Shown one piece after another: positions 27,145 to 35,523 of a stretch of 64,000 nt of DNA. Both the position numbers and the translations under genes were made by a program. The first letter of the stretch is position 1. Each line of letters starts with the position of its first letter. The notes below the pieces were generated by a model. It ran no database searches, was not told the origin of the DNA, and was given only the letters and a program-made list of their open reading frames with translations. The stretch is from positions 96,001 through 160,000 of the IMG/VR virus record IMGVR_UViG_3300008952_000005. One strand, given 5' to 3'. The stretch is from a virus.

Positions 27145-27726
27145 TTATTTTATCTTGGCACCAACTTTTCGGTGCTTATTCCAAGCCAAAAAACCACCTA
27201 GTCTTAAAGAATAATATGCTAGATAGTTCATAAGATAGAATCCATTTACTCCGATATTAATATCTCTAAAGATTTCATCTGCTCTTTTTTGAGATATAAC
27301 ACCAAGGGTATCTGTCTTATTTATTTTTAATAATGTCTGATACTTATAAGCATAATCGTGTACCAAACCACCCATTAAAAGTACACCTACTGGTGATAAA
27401 AATGTATGCAAGAATTTTGGAATACTTGCACCGTCAAATTTAAATCCAGCTGGTATCGTATATTTTATATCGTTTAATTCGTATTCAAAATCTTCTGCGA
27501 TTTCCCAATTTCTTGTAGTGAGTATCCACAAAAGAATTCCTTTAAAAAAACCTTTGCCTTTTGTTCTTATTGGCAACGCTCTCATAACTGGCATTTTTTT
27601 ATATGTAAAGTTATGACATTTAGGTTTCTTCTTATCAAATAAATTGATAATTAGTCCTGCTATAATAACTAAAATTACTATAGACCACATCCAAAACTTC
27701 ATTGCTAAACTTATTATTAGTTCCAT
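27145..27726 (-). CDS. DUF1353-like protein
   Basis: IPAGFKFDGASIP...VHDYAY...ADEIF...LRLGG. Confidence 0.75.
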   Translation of the reverse strand: MELIISLAMKFWMWSIVILVIIAGLIINLFDKKKPKCHNFTYKKMPVMRALPIRTKGKGFFKGILLWILTTRNWEIAEDFEYELNDIKYTIPAGFKFDGASIPKFLHTFLSPVGVLLMGGLVHDYAYKYQTLLKINKTDTLGVISQKRADEIFRDINIGVNGFYLMNYLAYYSLRLGGFLAWNKHRKVGAKIK

Positions 27727-28020
27727 TTATTTCTTCCTTGTTCTCATACTAGATGTTGGTTGAGCACCTCTTACGTGAACCATACCACCCATAGTATTTT
27801 CTTTCTTTTTATTTCTTGGTTCTACTTTTGGATCAGCAGACAAAAAAGGTCTTTGATTTACTGCTGTTGTATAAGCAGCGTGTAATCCAACACCTCTAAC
27901 ATTTTTTCCACCTGCTTTCTTTTTAGGTGGTGTATCACCTAAACTTGCTATAGGTTGTACATTTGAATAGTTTCCTATTCTAACACCTGTTGTACCTATA
28001 AACTCTTTAAAACTTTTCAT
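27727..28020 (-). CDS. basic protein with capsid-targeting-like N-terminus
   Basis: starts MKSFKEFI. Confidence 0.6.
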   Translation of the reverse strand: MKSFKEFIGTTGVRIGNYSNVQPIASLGDTPPKKKAGGKNVRGVGLHAAYTTAVNQRPFLSADPKVEPRNKKKENTMGGMVHVRGAQPTSSMRTRKK

Positions 28021-28343
28021 ACTCTTGCTTTTTCTTTAATAGTCTTTTTTCTTTTAGGTGTTTCAATTTTAATTTCTTCTTTCACAACTCCACTTATTTC
28101 ATCAATCTTATTTTCAAGTTTATTTAACACTTTATAAACACCTTTCAATACAACATTGTTATTGTCTTCACTCTCTTGTACTTTTCTTTTTAAAGTACCC
28201 ATAACTCTTTTCTTACCAGTTGGATTCATATCTACACCACCGTGTGCTACTGCATTTGCTGGTGCGTCTTCTTTTTTTTCTTTATCATCAATCTTATTGA
28301 TGAGTTCGTCCATCATATCTTTATAATGTTTTGGCATACTCAT
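28017..28343 (-). CDS. hypothetical late protein
   Basis: charged; KEDAPANAV motif. Confidence 0.6.
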   Translation of the reverse strand: MSMPKHYKDMMDELINKIDDKEKKEDAPANAVAHGGVDMNPTGKKRVMGTLKRKVQESEDNNNVVLKGVYKVLNKLENKIDEISGVVKEEIKIETPKRKKTIKEKARV

Positions 28344-28800
28344 ACTCCGATACTAGTTTATTATTTTGTTCATATATACCTACACCTAGACAAGTCATTA
28401 CTGGTTCATCTTCTATGTCTGGTATATCTCTTACTTCATTTAACATAGTTTCATACTGGTTAGTTTCTTTTAAATATGAAACAACACCTGCTTCTATTGC
28501 GTCTTTGTGTGCCATTAACTGTTTATCTTCTCTCAATATCATTGCCATAGCACCAAAAAAAGTACCAAACTTACTACCTAATCCAACTTTACCAAATAAT
28601 CTTTTCATATTAAAAACAAATCTATGTAAATATGTATATGCTTTTTTATCTTTACTATCTCTCAATGTCTTATTAGGTCTTAATACTTTACCTTTCTTAT
28701 CAATAATACCTCGTTTAAAAGCTTCTTGCTTTTCCCAAGATGTTACCAATAGTTTAACTACTCGGTAAGTTATTAACATATCTATTGCTCTACTTGCCAT
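28321..28800 (-). CDS. conserved T4-like hypothetical protein
   Basis: intact ORF, coupled to neighbours. Confidence 0.7.
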   Translation of the reverse strand: MASRAIDMLITYRVVKLLVTSWEKQEAFKRGIIDKKGKVLRPNKTLRDSKDKKAYTYLHRFVFNMKRLFGKVGLGSKFGTFFGAMAMILREDKQLMAHKDAIEAGVVSYLKETNQYETMLNEVRDIPDIEDEPVMTCLGVGIYEQNNKLVSEYEYAKTL

Positions 28801-29162
28801 TACAGTTCCTTTAACATTTGTTTTATCTTTTCATCTTCATCTACATCACCTAGTTCGTGTTCATAAAGTAATTTAAGATAGTTCAATACTGTTTTTAATA
28901 CTGACCAATATTCTCTATCTATTTTAAATAATAATAAAGTTATCGCTACATCTGCACTAAAAACATTTTGTAATACTACAATGTGATTAATAATTAATCT
29001 TATTTTAACGTCACCTGTAGTTTTATACTTACGAAATAACCTTTTAAGATATTTAAATCGTTTTATATCTTCCAAAAATTCTACATTATCTTCCAATGTA
29101 GGATTGCTATAATTTTGCTGAGCAAATAGCAACCAATTATCTTTGGTTATTTCCTCAAACAT
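28800..29162 (-). CDS. conserved T4-like hypothetical protein
   Basis: NY.NP...EF.EDIKRFKYLKRL...RLIINH pattern typical of marine T4-like phages. Confidence 0.7.
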   Translation of the reverse strand: MFEEITKDNWLLFAQQNYSNPTLEDNVEFLEDIKRFKYLKRLFRKYKTTGDVKIRLIINHIVVLQNVFSADVAITLLLFKIDREYWSVLKTVLNYLKLLYEHELGDVDEDEKIKQMLKEL

Positions 29163-29167
29163 CTGAC

Positions 29168-29593
29168 CTACACCAATTTAGCGTAGACCTTTGATGTTCC
29201 GTTTTTCAAAGTTTCATAATTAACTTCTAAATTTAGACCGCCAGATTTTTTGTGTGATATACCATCATCATTAATATCAGAACCGTCTGTATCTTTTCCA
29301 AACCTTCCACCAAATTGACTAACTTTCGCACTAACTTTTCCAGATGTTCCTTCCATATTAACTGGTGATACTGTTAAACCAATTCGGTTTAGTTTTTCTC
29401 TCAAACTATCTACCGCTTGTTGTGGTTTAAGGTATTCCATATCTCCTATAGAACCTACAAAAGCATTAACTCTATTTAATACTTCTGGATCGGAAACGTT
29501 ATGTACGCCTAAATTACCATCTTCAACTGCATTAGATGTTGCTGTTCCAACCATCTTGCCGTCTTCTGTTATGTGTTGTTTAAACGTTTTCAT
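29168..29593 (-). CDS. protein with capsid-targeting-like N-terminus
   Basis: starts MKTFKQHITE. Confidence 0.65.
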   Translation of the reverse strand: MKTFKQHITEDGKMVGTATSNAVEDGNLGVHNVSDPEVLNRVNAFVGSIGDMEYLKPQQAVDSLREKLNRIGLTVSPVNMEGTSGKVSAKVSQFGGRFGKDTDGSDINDDGISHKKSGGLNLEVNYETLKNGTSKVYAKLV

Positions 29594-29708
29594 CTTTTTC
29601 TTTTCCCTTTTCTTTTGCTGTGTCCTCTTTAGGACAATCAGCTATTACTTCTTCCTCAAAATCGTCCAAGTCTTTATCTTCATTAAAAATCTTAAACTTT
29701 TTTAACAT
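29580..29708 (-). CDS. 42-aa acidic peptide (not in ORF track)
   Basis: MLKKFKIFNEDKDLDDFEEEVIADCPKED... Confidence 0.4.
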   Translation of the reverse strand: MLKKFKIFNEDKDLDDFEEEVIADCPKEDTAKEKGKEKDENV

Positions 29709-29904
29709 CTTCTGTTTTAACTGGAATATCTCCAGTCATTCCTATTAACTTATTAACTTGTTGAATAGCGCCATTGATTGCATTTAAATTTGCTTTCATC
29801 TGACCTAAATCCACTTCAACTTGTTTTATATTTTTTGCCAACTTATCAAAATCTACTTGTAATCCTTGTGCTTCTGATTTAAGTTGCTCTATACTTATAG
29901 TCAT
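29692..29904 (-). CDS. small coiled-coil protein
   Basis: heptad pattern, GGAG SD. Confidence 0.6.
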   Translation of the reverse strand: MTISIEQLKSEAQGLQVDFDKLAKNIKQVEVDLGQMKANLNAINGAIQQVNKLIGMTGDIPVKTEDVKKV

Positions 29905-29926
29905 AATTATCTCCTTATATTATATA

Positions 29927-30388
29927 TTATGCAACTGCGTATCCGTTACCTGCAATTACGTTCCAATTTGAATTTTTAAATAACAAAGTAACTGTTTCAC
30001 CTACATTATTTAAAACGACATTTGTTCCGCCTCTTAAATTTGTTGGTGTTATAGTTATTGCATTACTACCAGACGTTGATGTATTAAGAACAGTTTTAAT
30101 TTGTCCATTTGAACCGTCTGCTAATGATACTGCTGCTGTTCCCGCCGTTGCGTTCACTTCTGTAACAGCACTATCTACATCTGCAACTAAAGTTCCAGAA
30201 CCTGTGCCTGTTAATGTTTGGGATGCTTGACCAAGACCTAAAAACGTTGGTACGTTATTAAATACATTTGCCGCTGATACTTTTTTGTTTATCGGTGTGC
30301 CTGATGGATCATCTATTACGTGAAACAGGTCTACACTTGCTATTGCGTTACCTAAATCGGTAAGCTGGGTGACTTTTTTATCTGCCAT
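29927..30388 (-). CDS. putative virion structural protein
   Basis: MADKKVTQLT..., G/T/N-rich beta character, late promoter upstream. Confidence 0.6.
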   Translation of the reverse strand: MADKKVTQLTDLGNAIASVDLFHVIDDPSGTPINKKVSAANVFNNVPTFLGLGQASQTLTGTGSGTLVADVDSAVTEVNATAGTAAVSLADGSNGQIKTVLNTSTSGSNAITITPTNLRGGTNVVLNNVGETVTLLFKNSNWNVIAGNGYAVA

Positions 30389-30448
30389 TTGTTTCTCCTA
30401 TTAACCCTTTCGGGAATGCTACTGTAGGTAATTCCTACATCATAATAT

Positions 30449-30456
30449 TATTTATA
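30449..30456 (-). promoter_or_regulatory. T4-type late promoter
   Basis: TATAAATA overlapping the 3' arm of inverted repeat 30454..30485. Confidence 0.7.
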
Positions 30457-30496
30457 TGGGCAACCCTATAAAGAATCGCCCATATATTATTGATTA

Positions 30497-30778
30497 TTAA
30501 GCAGCGTTTGTTAATGCTACTATCGTTTCGTACTGTACTCTTCCTGCTCTACCACCAGAACCAGTTGTCTTTAAGTTCCAACCTGCGTGTCCAGCACCTG
30601 CTGGTACTTGAGCATCCGCATAATTGAATAACCCTAAAGTTATTCCAGTAATAAAGTTATTAGCAGTTGCGTCTTCAAATAAATTTGTTCTATTTGCTGA
30701 CGTGAATGCTAATTTAGCAGCAGCACAAGCCCATAATGGTGCTCCAGCCGCCGAGTCTGCACTTGAATGTGATGACAT
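30497..30778 (-). CDS. putative small virion protein
   Basis: Ala/Gly-rich; HAGW...GSGGRAGRVQYETIVA; late promoter upstream. Confidence 0.6.
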   Translation of the reverse strand: MSSHSSADSAAGAPLWACAAAKLAFTSANRTNLFEDATANNFITGITLGLFNYADAQVPAGAGHAGWNLKTTGSGGRAGRVQYETIVALTNAA

Positions 30779-30834
30779 AGTATTCTCTCCTTTAAATTAA
30801 ATTGTTAAAGTACTCAATTCTTAATATATGTGTA

Positions 30835-30842
30835 TATTTATA
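30835..30842 (-). promoter_or_regulatory. T4-type late promoter
   Basis: TATAAATA. Confidence 0.7.
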
Positions 30843-30855
30843 AGAAAAAGGTGTG

Positions 30856-31350
30856 TTAGAAACCCAATTGTTTTAATTGTCTTATTGAATTAGACGCTGA
30901 AGTATGATATATTCCTATACCACCACGTTGTGTAAAACTATCTGTATTAGGTTTATAATCGTCAATTAATACTGCAGGACTTCTGTATCCTGTTTGAGCA
31001 TAATTTTGTTTCTGACTTCTCTTTACAAGATTAACTCTTGCACCACTTAAACCTAATTGACTTCTGCACCATTTAGTCTTACCTGGTATACAGTTAGGGT
31101 CTACATTACGGTCAACATATGCTGATAGAATATCTGGCGAATGCTTTTTTATATAATTCCACAGTTGTTTACCGTCTGATTGCCACGGCAATGTTTCCCA
31201 AAAAGTTTTATCATTTCTGATTGGGTTCCACTTATCTTGTTTTGTTAGGGACATCCATTTACTGATAGGGACTCCTGTTGCTTTCTCGGCACCTTTTTTA
31301 AAGTCTGCCAATACGCCGTCCATATCACAATAGAGTTTAGGAAGAGGCAT
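30856..31350 (-). CDS. HAD-family 5'(3')-nucleotidase/phosphatase
   Basis: CDMDGVLADF motif I, ILSA motif II, GK, LIDD motif IV. Confidence 0.85.
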   Translation of the reverse strand: MPLPKLYCDMDGVLADFKKGAEKATGVPISKWMSLTKQDKWNPIRNDKTFWETLPWQSDGKQLWNYIKKHSPDILSAYVDRNVDPNCIPGKTKWCRSQLGLSGARVNLVKRSQKQNYAQTGYRSPAVLIDDYKPNTDSFTQRGGIGIYHTSASNSIRQLKQLGF

Positions 31351-31367
31351 AATCTGAATTGCCTCCT

Positions 31368-33149
31368 TTAATTAGTATAACTTATCTCTGGATCAGTTTC
31401 AATTTTTGAAGCAGGGTTACCAGTCATAGTTCTACCTTTTGTAGGTTCATCTTTCTTTTTAGCAAGTTTTGCTTTTTCTGCTTTTTCTTTAAGTCTTGCT
31501 CTTAAAGTTTCATATTTTAGTTTGTAAGGACTTACTGCTTCTTTTTTAACTTCGTCTTTGTCTTCTTTGTCTTCTTTGTCTTCTTTTTTTTCTGCTTTAT
31601 CTCTTAAAAGTTTTTGTGCTAGTCCAACTGTTAAAGGAACTTCTCCTGTTTCTTTATCTGCAACAGGTTTAATTACTTTACCTTTTTCATTTTCTAATTT
31701 TGCTTTTAATACATTAATTTGACCTTGCAACGTTAAAATTTGTTTCTCTTGTGCTGCTGGGTCTTTAGCACTTGGACCATCTTTACCATCTTTAGCATCC
31801 CTTGTTGCTCTTATCTTTGCAATCTTTACACCTGGTTTGTTATCTTTTGCAATAGGTGGAATTTTACTTTCATTTCTTGTAGGCAACAGTACAGAGTCTC
31901 CTCTTGTTGCTGTTTCATTAGCTGCTTTATTCCAAATATTTCTGATAGTATTTTCTAAATTTGTTGATGGTTCTGGTTTATCACTACCAATAACATCTTT
32001 CTTTGGTTCTTTTTTATCTTCTGTAGTAGATACATTTGCTGTACTAAACTTAACTTCTTTTTTCTTATCTGCCATTTTAGAAACTTCTCCAGCGTCAATC
32101 GTTTCAGTAGTAGATACGTTAGCAGTTTTAAAATCAACTTCTTTTTTCTTGTCTTTCATTTTAGATACTTCGCCTGCGTCAATCGTTTCTTGCATATCTT
32201 CTGTAGGTCTTTGTGTTTCTATTCCTGAAATACCAAAATGTATATCTTGGTCATAACCTTCTGCAAGTTTCCATCCTTTTGCTAAATATTCTTTTTCTTT
32301 AGACTTATCTATTACGATAGTCTTGCCGTGTTTAGAAACCATTGTTTCTTTTTTAGGGTCTTTAAGTTGTCTTGGTAATTCTTCTTCTATATCATTACCT
32401 TTAGGTTGTTTTTCAGCAACTCTATAACCAAATCTATATTTTTTTCTAACACCTCTTGAAGCAGTACCTCTTCTTGAAGATGAATTAGCTCCACCTGGCA
32501 TTGCTTCTGAAACAGTTTCTTCCGACATTGCTTCTTGTCTTGCTAAATTCTTTTCGTTTGCTAAATGAGGTTTGATTCTATTGCCATTATATGCTCTTTT
32601 ATTTTCAGGTATCTTTTCTACTTTACCACCTTTGTCAAGAAAGTCTTTCATCAACTGCTCATCAGCGTGTTTTCCATTAGAAGGTTTCCATTCTTCTTTT
32701 AATGCTTTTCCTTTATCCCAATAATGCCAGCTTGTTTTATCCCAAATTTCATCAGGTCCTATTAGTCGTTTAAATTCTCTTTCTGCCTTATTAAAAGCAT
32801 CAATTTTTTTCATTTTATTTTCTTTTGCATATTTAATAATAAGTGCCGCTACTTCTTTACCAGTTTCGTTAGTTGAAGCTATCCAACTTTGACTTTCTGG
32901 ATCTTTGTCCATCTCATCTTTACCTTTTTTGTATTCTCTAAATTTTGCTGCTATATTATTCCAGCTAACACCTTCGTCTAGCTTATTAAAAAATGCTATC
33001 TTTTCTTTAGGTGTCATTGAACCAATACCACCCATAGTATTTTTTAATGCTTCAGCGAATTTCTTTTTATAACCTTCTTCTTTATACTTCGCTTGATGTT
33101 GATATACCACATCCTCAATACTGCCTGGTTTTTGTTTTAAATATGTCAT
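31368..33149 (-). CDS. large charged low-complexity late protein (putative internal head protein)
   Basis: K/E-rich, many (L/I/V)-x-E sites; start moved to MTYLKQ. Confidence 0.6.
   Translation of the reverse strand: MTYLKQKPGSIEDVVYQHQAKYKEEGYKKKFAEALKNTMGGIGSMTPKEKIAFFNKLDEGVSWNNIAAKFREYKKGKDEMDKDPESQSWIASTNETGKEVAALIIKYAKENKMKKIDAFNKAEREFKRLIGPDEIWDKTSWHYWDKGKALKEEWKPSNGKHADEQLMKDFLDKGGKVEKIPENKRAYNGNRIKPHLANEKNLARQEAMSEETVSEAMPGGANSSSRRGTASRGVRKKYRFGYRVAEKQPKGNDIEEELPRQLKDPKKETMVSKHGKTIVIDKSKEKEYLAKGWKLAEGYDQDIHFGISGIETQRPTEDMQETIDAGEVSKMKDKKKEVDFKTANVSTTETIDAGEVSKMADKKKEVKFSTANVSTTEDKKEPKKDVIGSDKPEPSTNLENTIRNIWNKAANETATRGDSVLLPTRNESKIPPIAKDNKPGVKIAKIRATRDAKDGKDGPSAKDPAAQEKQILTLQGQINVLKAKLENEKGKVIKPVADKETGEVPLTVGLAQKLLRDKAEKKEDKEDKEDKDEVKKEAVSPYKLKYETLRARLKEKAEKAKLAKKKDEPTKGRTMTGNPASKIETDPEISYTN
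32022..32189 (-). repeat. 84-nt (28-aa) tandem duplication
   Basis: TIDAGEVSKMKDKKKEVDFKTANVSTTE followed by TIDAGEVSKMADKKKEVKFSTANVSTTE. Confidence 0.9.
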
Positions 33150-33153
33150 AGTA

Positions 33154-35091
33154 CTATTTATCTCCTCGTTTATGCTGGGACCACAATCTTTCAAAGGTCA
33201 TTTTAGCACCTACGTGCTCGTCCTTTTTAATTGCCTTAGCAATTTCGTGACCTTTTACTATCGTTGATTTTTTCAACGGTGTTCCGCTATCCTTTTTAAT
33301 CTCTTTTGCTTTTGCCATACCTATTGCATATGCTTTGTCATCATCTTCTACTAATTTTGATATGTGTGGTATGTCTGCCGCTTTAATTGCAAGTTGTGTA
33401 GGTATATCCATTCTCTTAATCATTTGTTTAACAGCGTCGGTTACATCTGTCGCTTTTTTATTCTTCCATACACCCTTAATATTAGCAATTTGTTTATCAC
33501 TCATTTTACTTTGTAAATATCCACTATCTTCTTTAATTACTTTAGCTGATTTAGTCTTACTCATATCACCTGTTTTATACCACTTAATATATTTTTCTGC
33601 TTCAGCAGGTGTATTATATTTACCAATAACTAATTTACTTCCATCTGTTTTTGTAATCTGTACTGTATATGCTTCTTTATATACATCAATTTCTACTGGA
33701 TCAAAACCACCAGGTCTACCAACAGACCTCTTTCGTTTATTCCATAACTCAGCAAATTTATCTGCTAATTTATCTGCTTTATTTTGTGCGTCTTTATCAT
33801 TAGAAGCAGTTAATGTTCCTTCATCTTCTTGATCCCCACCATCATTACCGTAATCGGATGATATCTTAATATCATAATGATATGTTGCTTCTGTAGCAAT
33901 TTGTTTGCCTTCTGGTTCTGGTAGTTTTTGTTCAACAGGTGATGTATTTCTACCCATTTTATTAATCTTAAAACCTTTGCTTCTTAATTTCTGTGCTTTG
34001 TTTTGTAAATCTTGTAGAGTTTTTGCGTCTTCAAAACCTGCGTGTTTGCCATACTTATCATCATAAGATAATCTGAAAGGTGCTTTTGCTTCTGGAACAT
34101 AACTATGTGTCATACTAGTAGTTATACTAATAGGTTTAGTAGTTGGTTCTATTTCAACATCATCTATGTCTTCAACACTACCACCACCACCTGGTCCTAT
34201 TTTTCTTCTCGCTCTATACTTATCTAATTCTTTTTCATATTTATTTTCAGCATCCTTTTTACTAGTTGCATTAATAACCATATCAAATCTATCTTGACTA
34301 CTAACATCTTTATAACCTAAAACACCTTGTATTCTCCATCTACCTTCATCTAATTGTTCTCTTCTCATTTGTGCCAATTGGGCAGCATTAGCTCCGTGTT
34401 TTGAAATGAGTCTTGCTTGCGCTAACATTGACACAAATGGAATCTTTGCCTTTAATAGTTTTATTAAAAGCGGTTTACTCTTATCAAACTTATCAAATAT
34501 TTTCATAAGTTTGTTAGCATTAACACCACTTATAGTTTTACCTTGTAAGGGTGCGTAATCTTTTTTCAAACTTGCTATTTGACTGTCTGTAAATTCCTGT
34601 AATGTGTCAACTTCTTCACCTAAAATAATTTTTACTGTTGATACTTTTAAATTTAATCTTTTGGCAATCTCTTTATGAGATTTACCTTCTTGATCCATCG
34701 TGTAGATATCTTTCATTCTACCTTCATCAAATTCTTCCAGTTCTTCTTTTGCCATAGACACAGGTTCAGTATTCAACCATTCTTGGTGTCTTTTGCCTGG
34801 GTGTACTTTTTTACAATCGTGTTCTTCACCTAAAATTGCTTTAGGCATTATTTGTACATCGCCGTGAGATTTTTCTACTTCTTTTTTTAGTAATGTTTTG
34901 GCTTTTTCTACGTCCCCTCTTGGAACGTATAAGTTACCGTATGAAAATCTAGTACGGCTAATTCCGTTTTTCTTTAGAAAAGATTGAACACCCCACTCAA
35001 AACCTTCGCTCATTTTATAGCGAGTCATACTCATAGGTTCTCTATACCTACTTTGTTTCCACTTTTCTAATTGTTCTTTTAAGTCGCCCAT
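33154..35091 (-). CDS. large multi-module late protein (putative internal head polyprotein) with HTH-like segment
   Basis: modules separated by ILGEE/LDEG/ATEA/IKED/LVED; SHKEIAKRLNLKVSTV HTH; start moved to MGDLKEQL. Confidence 0.6.
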   Translation of the reverse strand: MGDLKEQLEKWKQSRYREPMSMTRYKMSEGFEWGVQSFLKKNGISRTRFSYGNLYVPRGDVEKAKTLLKKEVEKSHGDVQIMPKAILGEEHDCKKVHPGKRHQEWLNTEPVSMAKEELEEFDEGRMKDIYTMDQEGKSHKEIAKRLNLKVSTVKIILGEEVDTLQEFTDSQIASLKKDYAPLQGKTISGVNANKLMKIFDKFDKSKPLLIKLLKAKIPFVSMLAQARLISKHGANAAQLAQMRREQLDEGRWRIQGVLGYKDVSSQDRFDMVINATSKKDAENKYEKELDKYRARRKIGPGGGGSVEDIDDVEIEPTTKPISITTSMTHSYVPEAKAPFRLSYDDKYGKHAGFEDAKTLQDLQNKAQKLRSKGFKINKMGRNTSPVEQKLPEPEGKQIATEATYHYDIKISSDYGNDGGDQEDEGTLTASNDKDAQNKADKLADKFAELWNKRKRSVGRPGGFDPVEIDVYKEAYTVQITKTDGSKLVIGKYNTPAEAEKYIKWYKTGDMSKTKSAKVIKEDSGYLQSKMSDKQIANIKGVWKNKKATDVTDAVKQMIKRMDIPTQLAIKAADIPHISKLVEDDDKAYAIGMAKAKEIKKDSGTPLKKSTIVKGHEIAKAIKKDEHVGAKMTFERLWSQHKRGDK

Positions 35092-35092
35092 T

Positions 35093-35515
35093 TTATTTGA
35101 ATCTATTATCTCTTTTGAAATTGTATGATAAACTATGTCTGCTGTATAAGTGTCCGCCGTGAGTGTCAAATACACGGTTTAATGAGTCCATATACTTTCT
35201 GTCTAAAACATTTCCTCTAGCACCTTTTGCTGGAGCATTAACACCAGCTGCCTTCAAAACATCTCCTGTTACCTTATCTACGAAGGCGTGGATACTTCTC
35301 TTTTGTCCTCGTTCCGTATCCCAAATTTTGATATACTTACCACCTACACTTGTAGCTACATCACGTCTTTGGTCTCTATATAAATTGGCAAATTGTGGGT
35401 GTCTTTTGATTTTTTCCCTAGCGATTTTAAGGTAATCATCTACGCCCTTTAAGACCATAGCCGAACTTTCTGCTACGTATAGTTTATGTACGTATTCTTT
35501 GAATTTAGTTGCCAT
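35093..35515 (-). CDS. conserved phage protein with capsid-targeting-like N-terminus
   Basis: MATKFKEYV...VAE; GKYIKIW..SIHAFVDKVTGDVLKAA..APAKGARGNV. Confidence 0.65.
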   Translation of the reverse strand: MATKFKEYVHKLYVAESSAMVLKGVDDYLKIAREKIKRHPQFANLYRDQRRDVATSVGGKYIKIWDTERGQKRSIHAFVDKVTGDVLKAAGVNAPAKGARGNVLDRKYMDSLNRVFDTHGGHLYSRHSLSYNFKRDNRFK

Positions 35516-35523
35516 TTCTCTCT

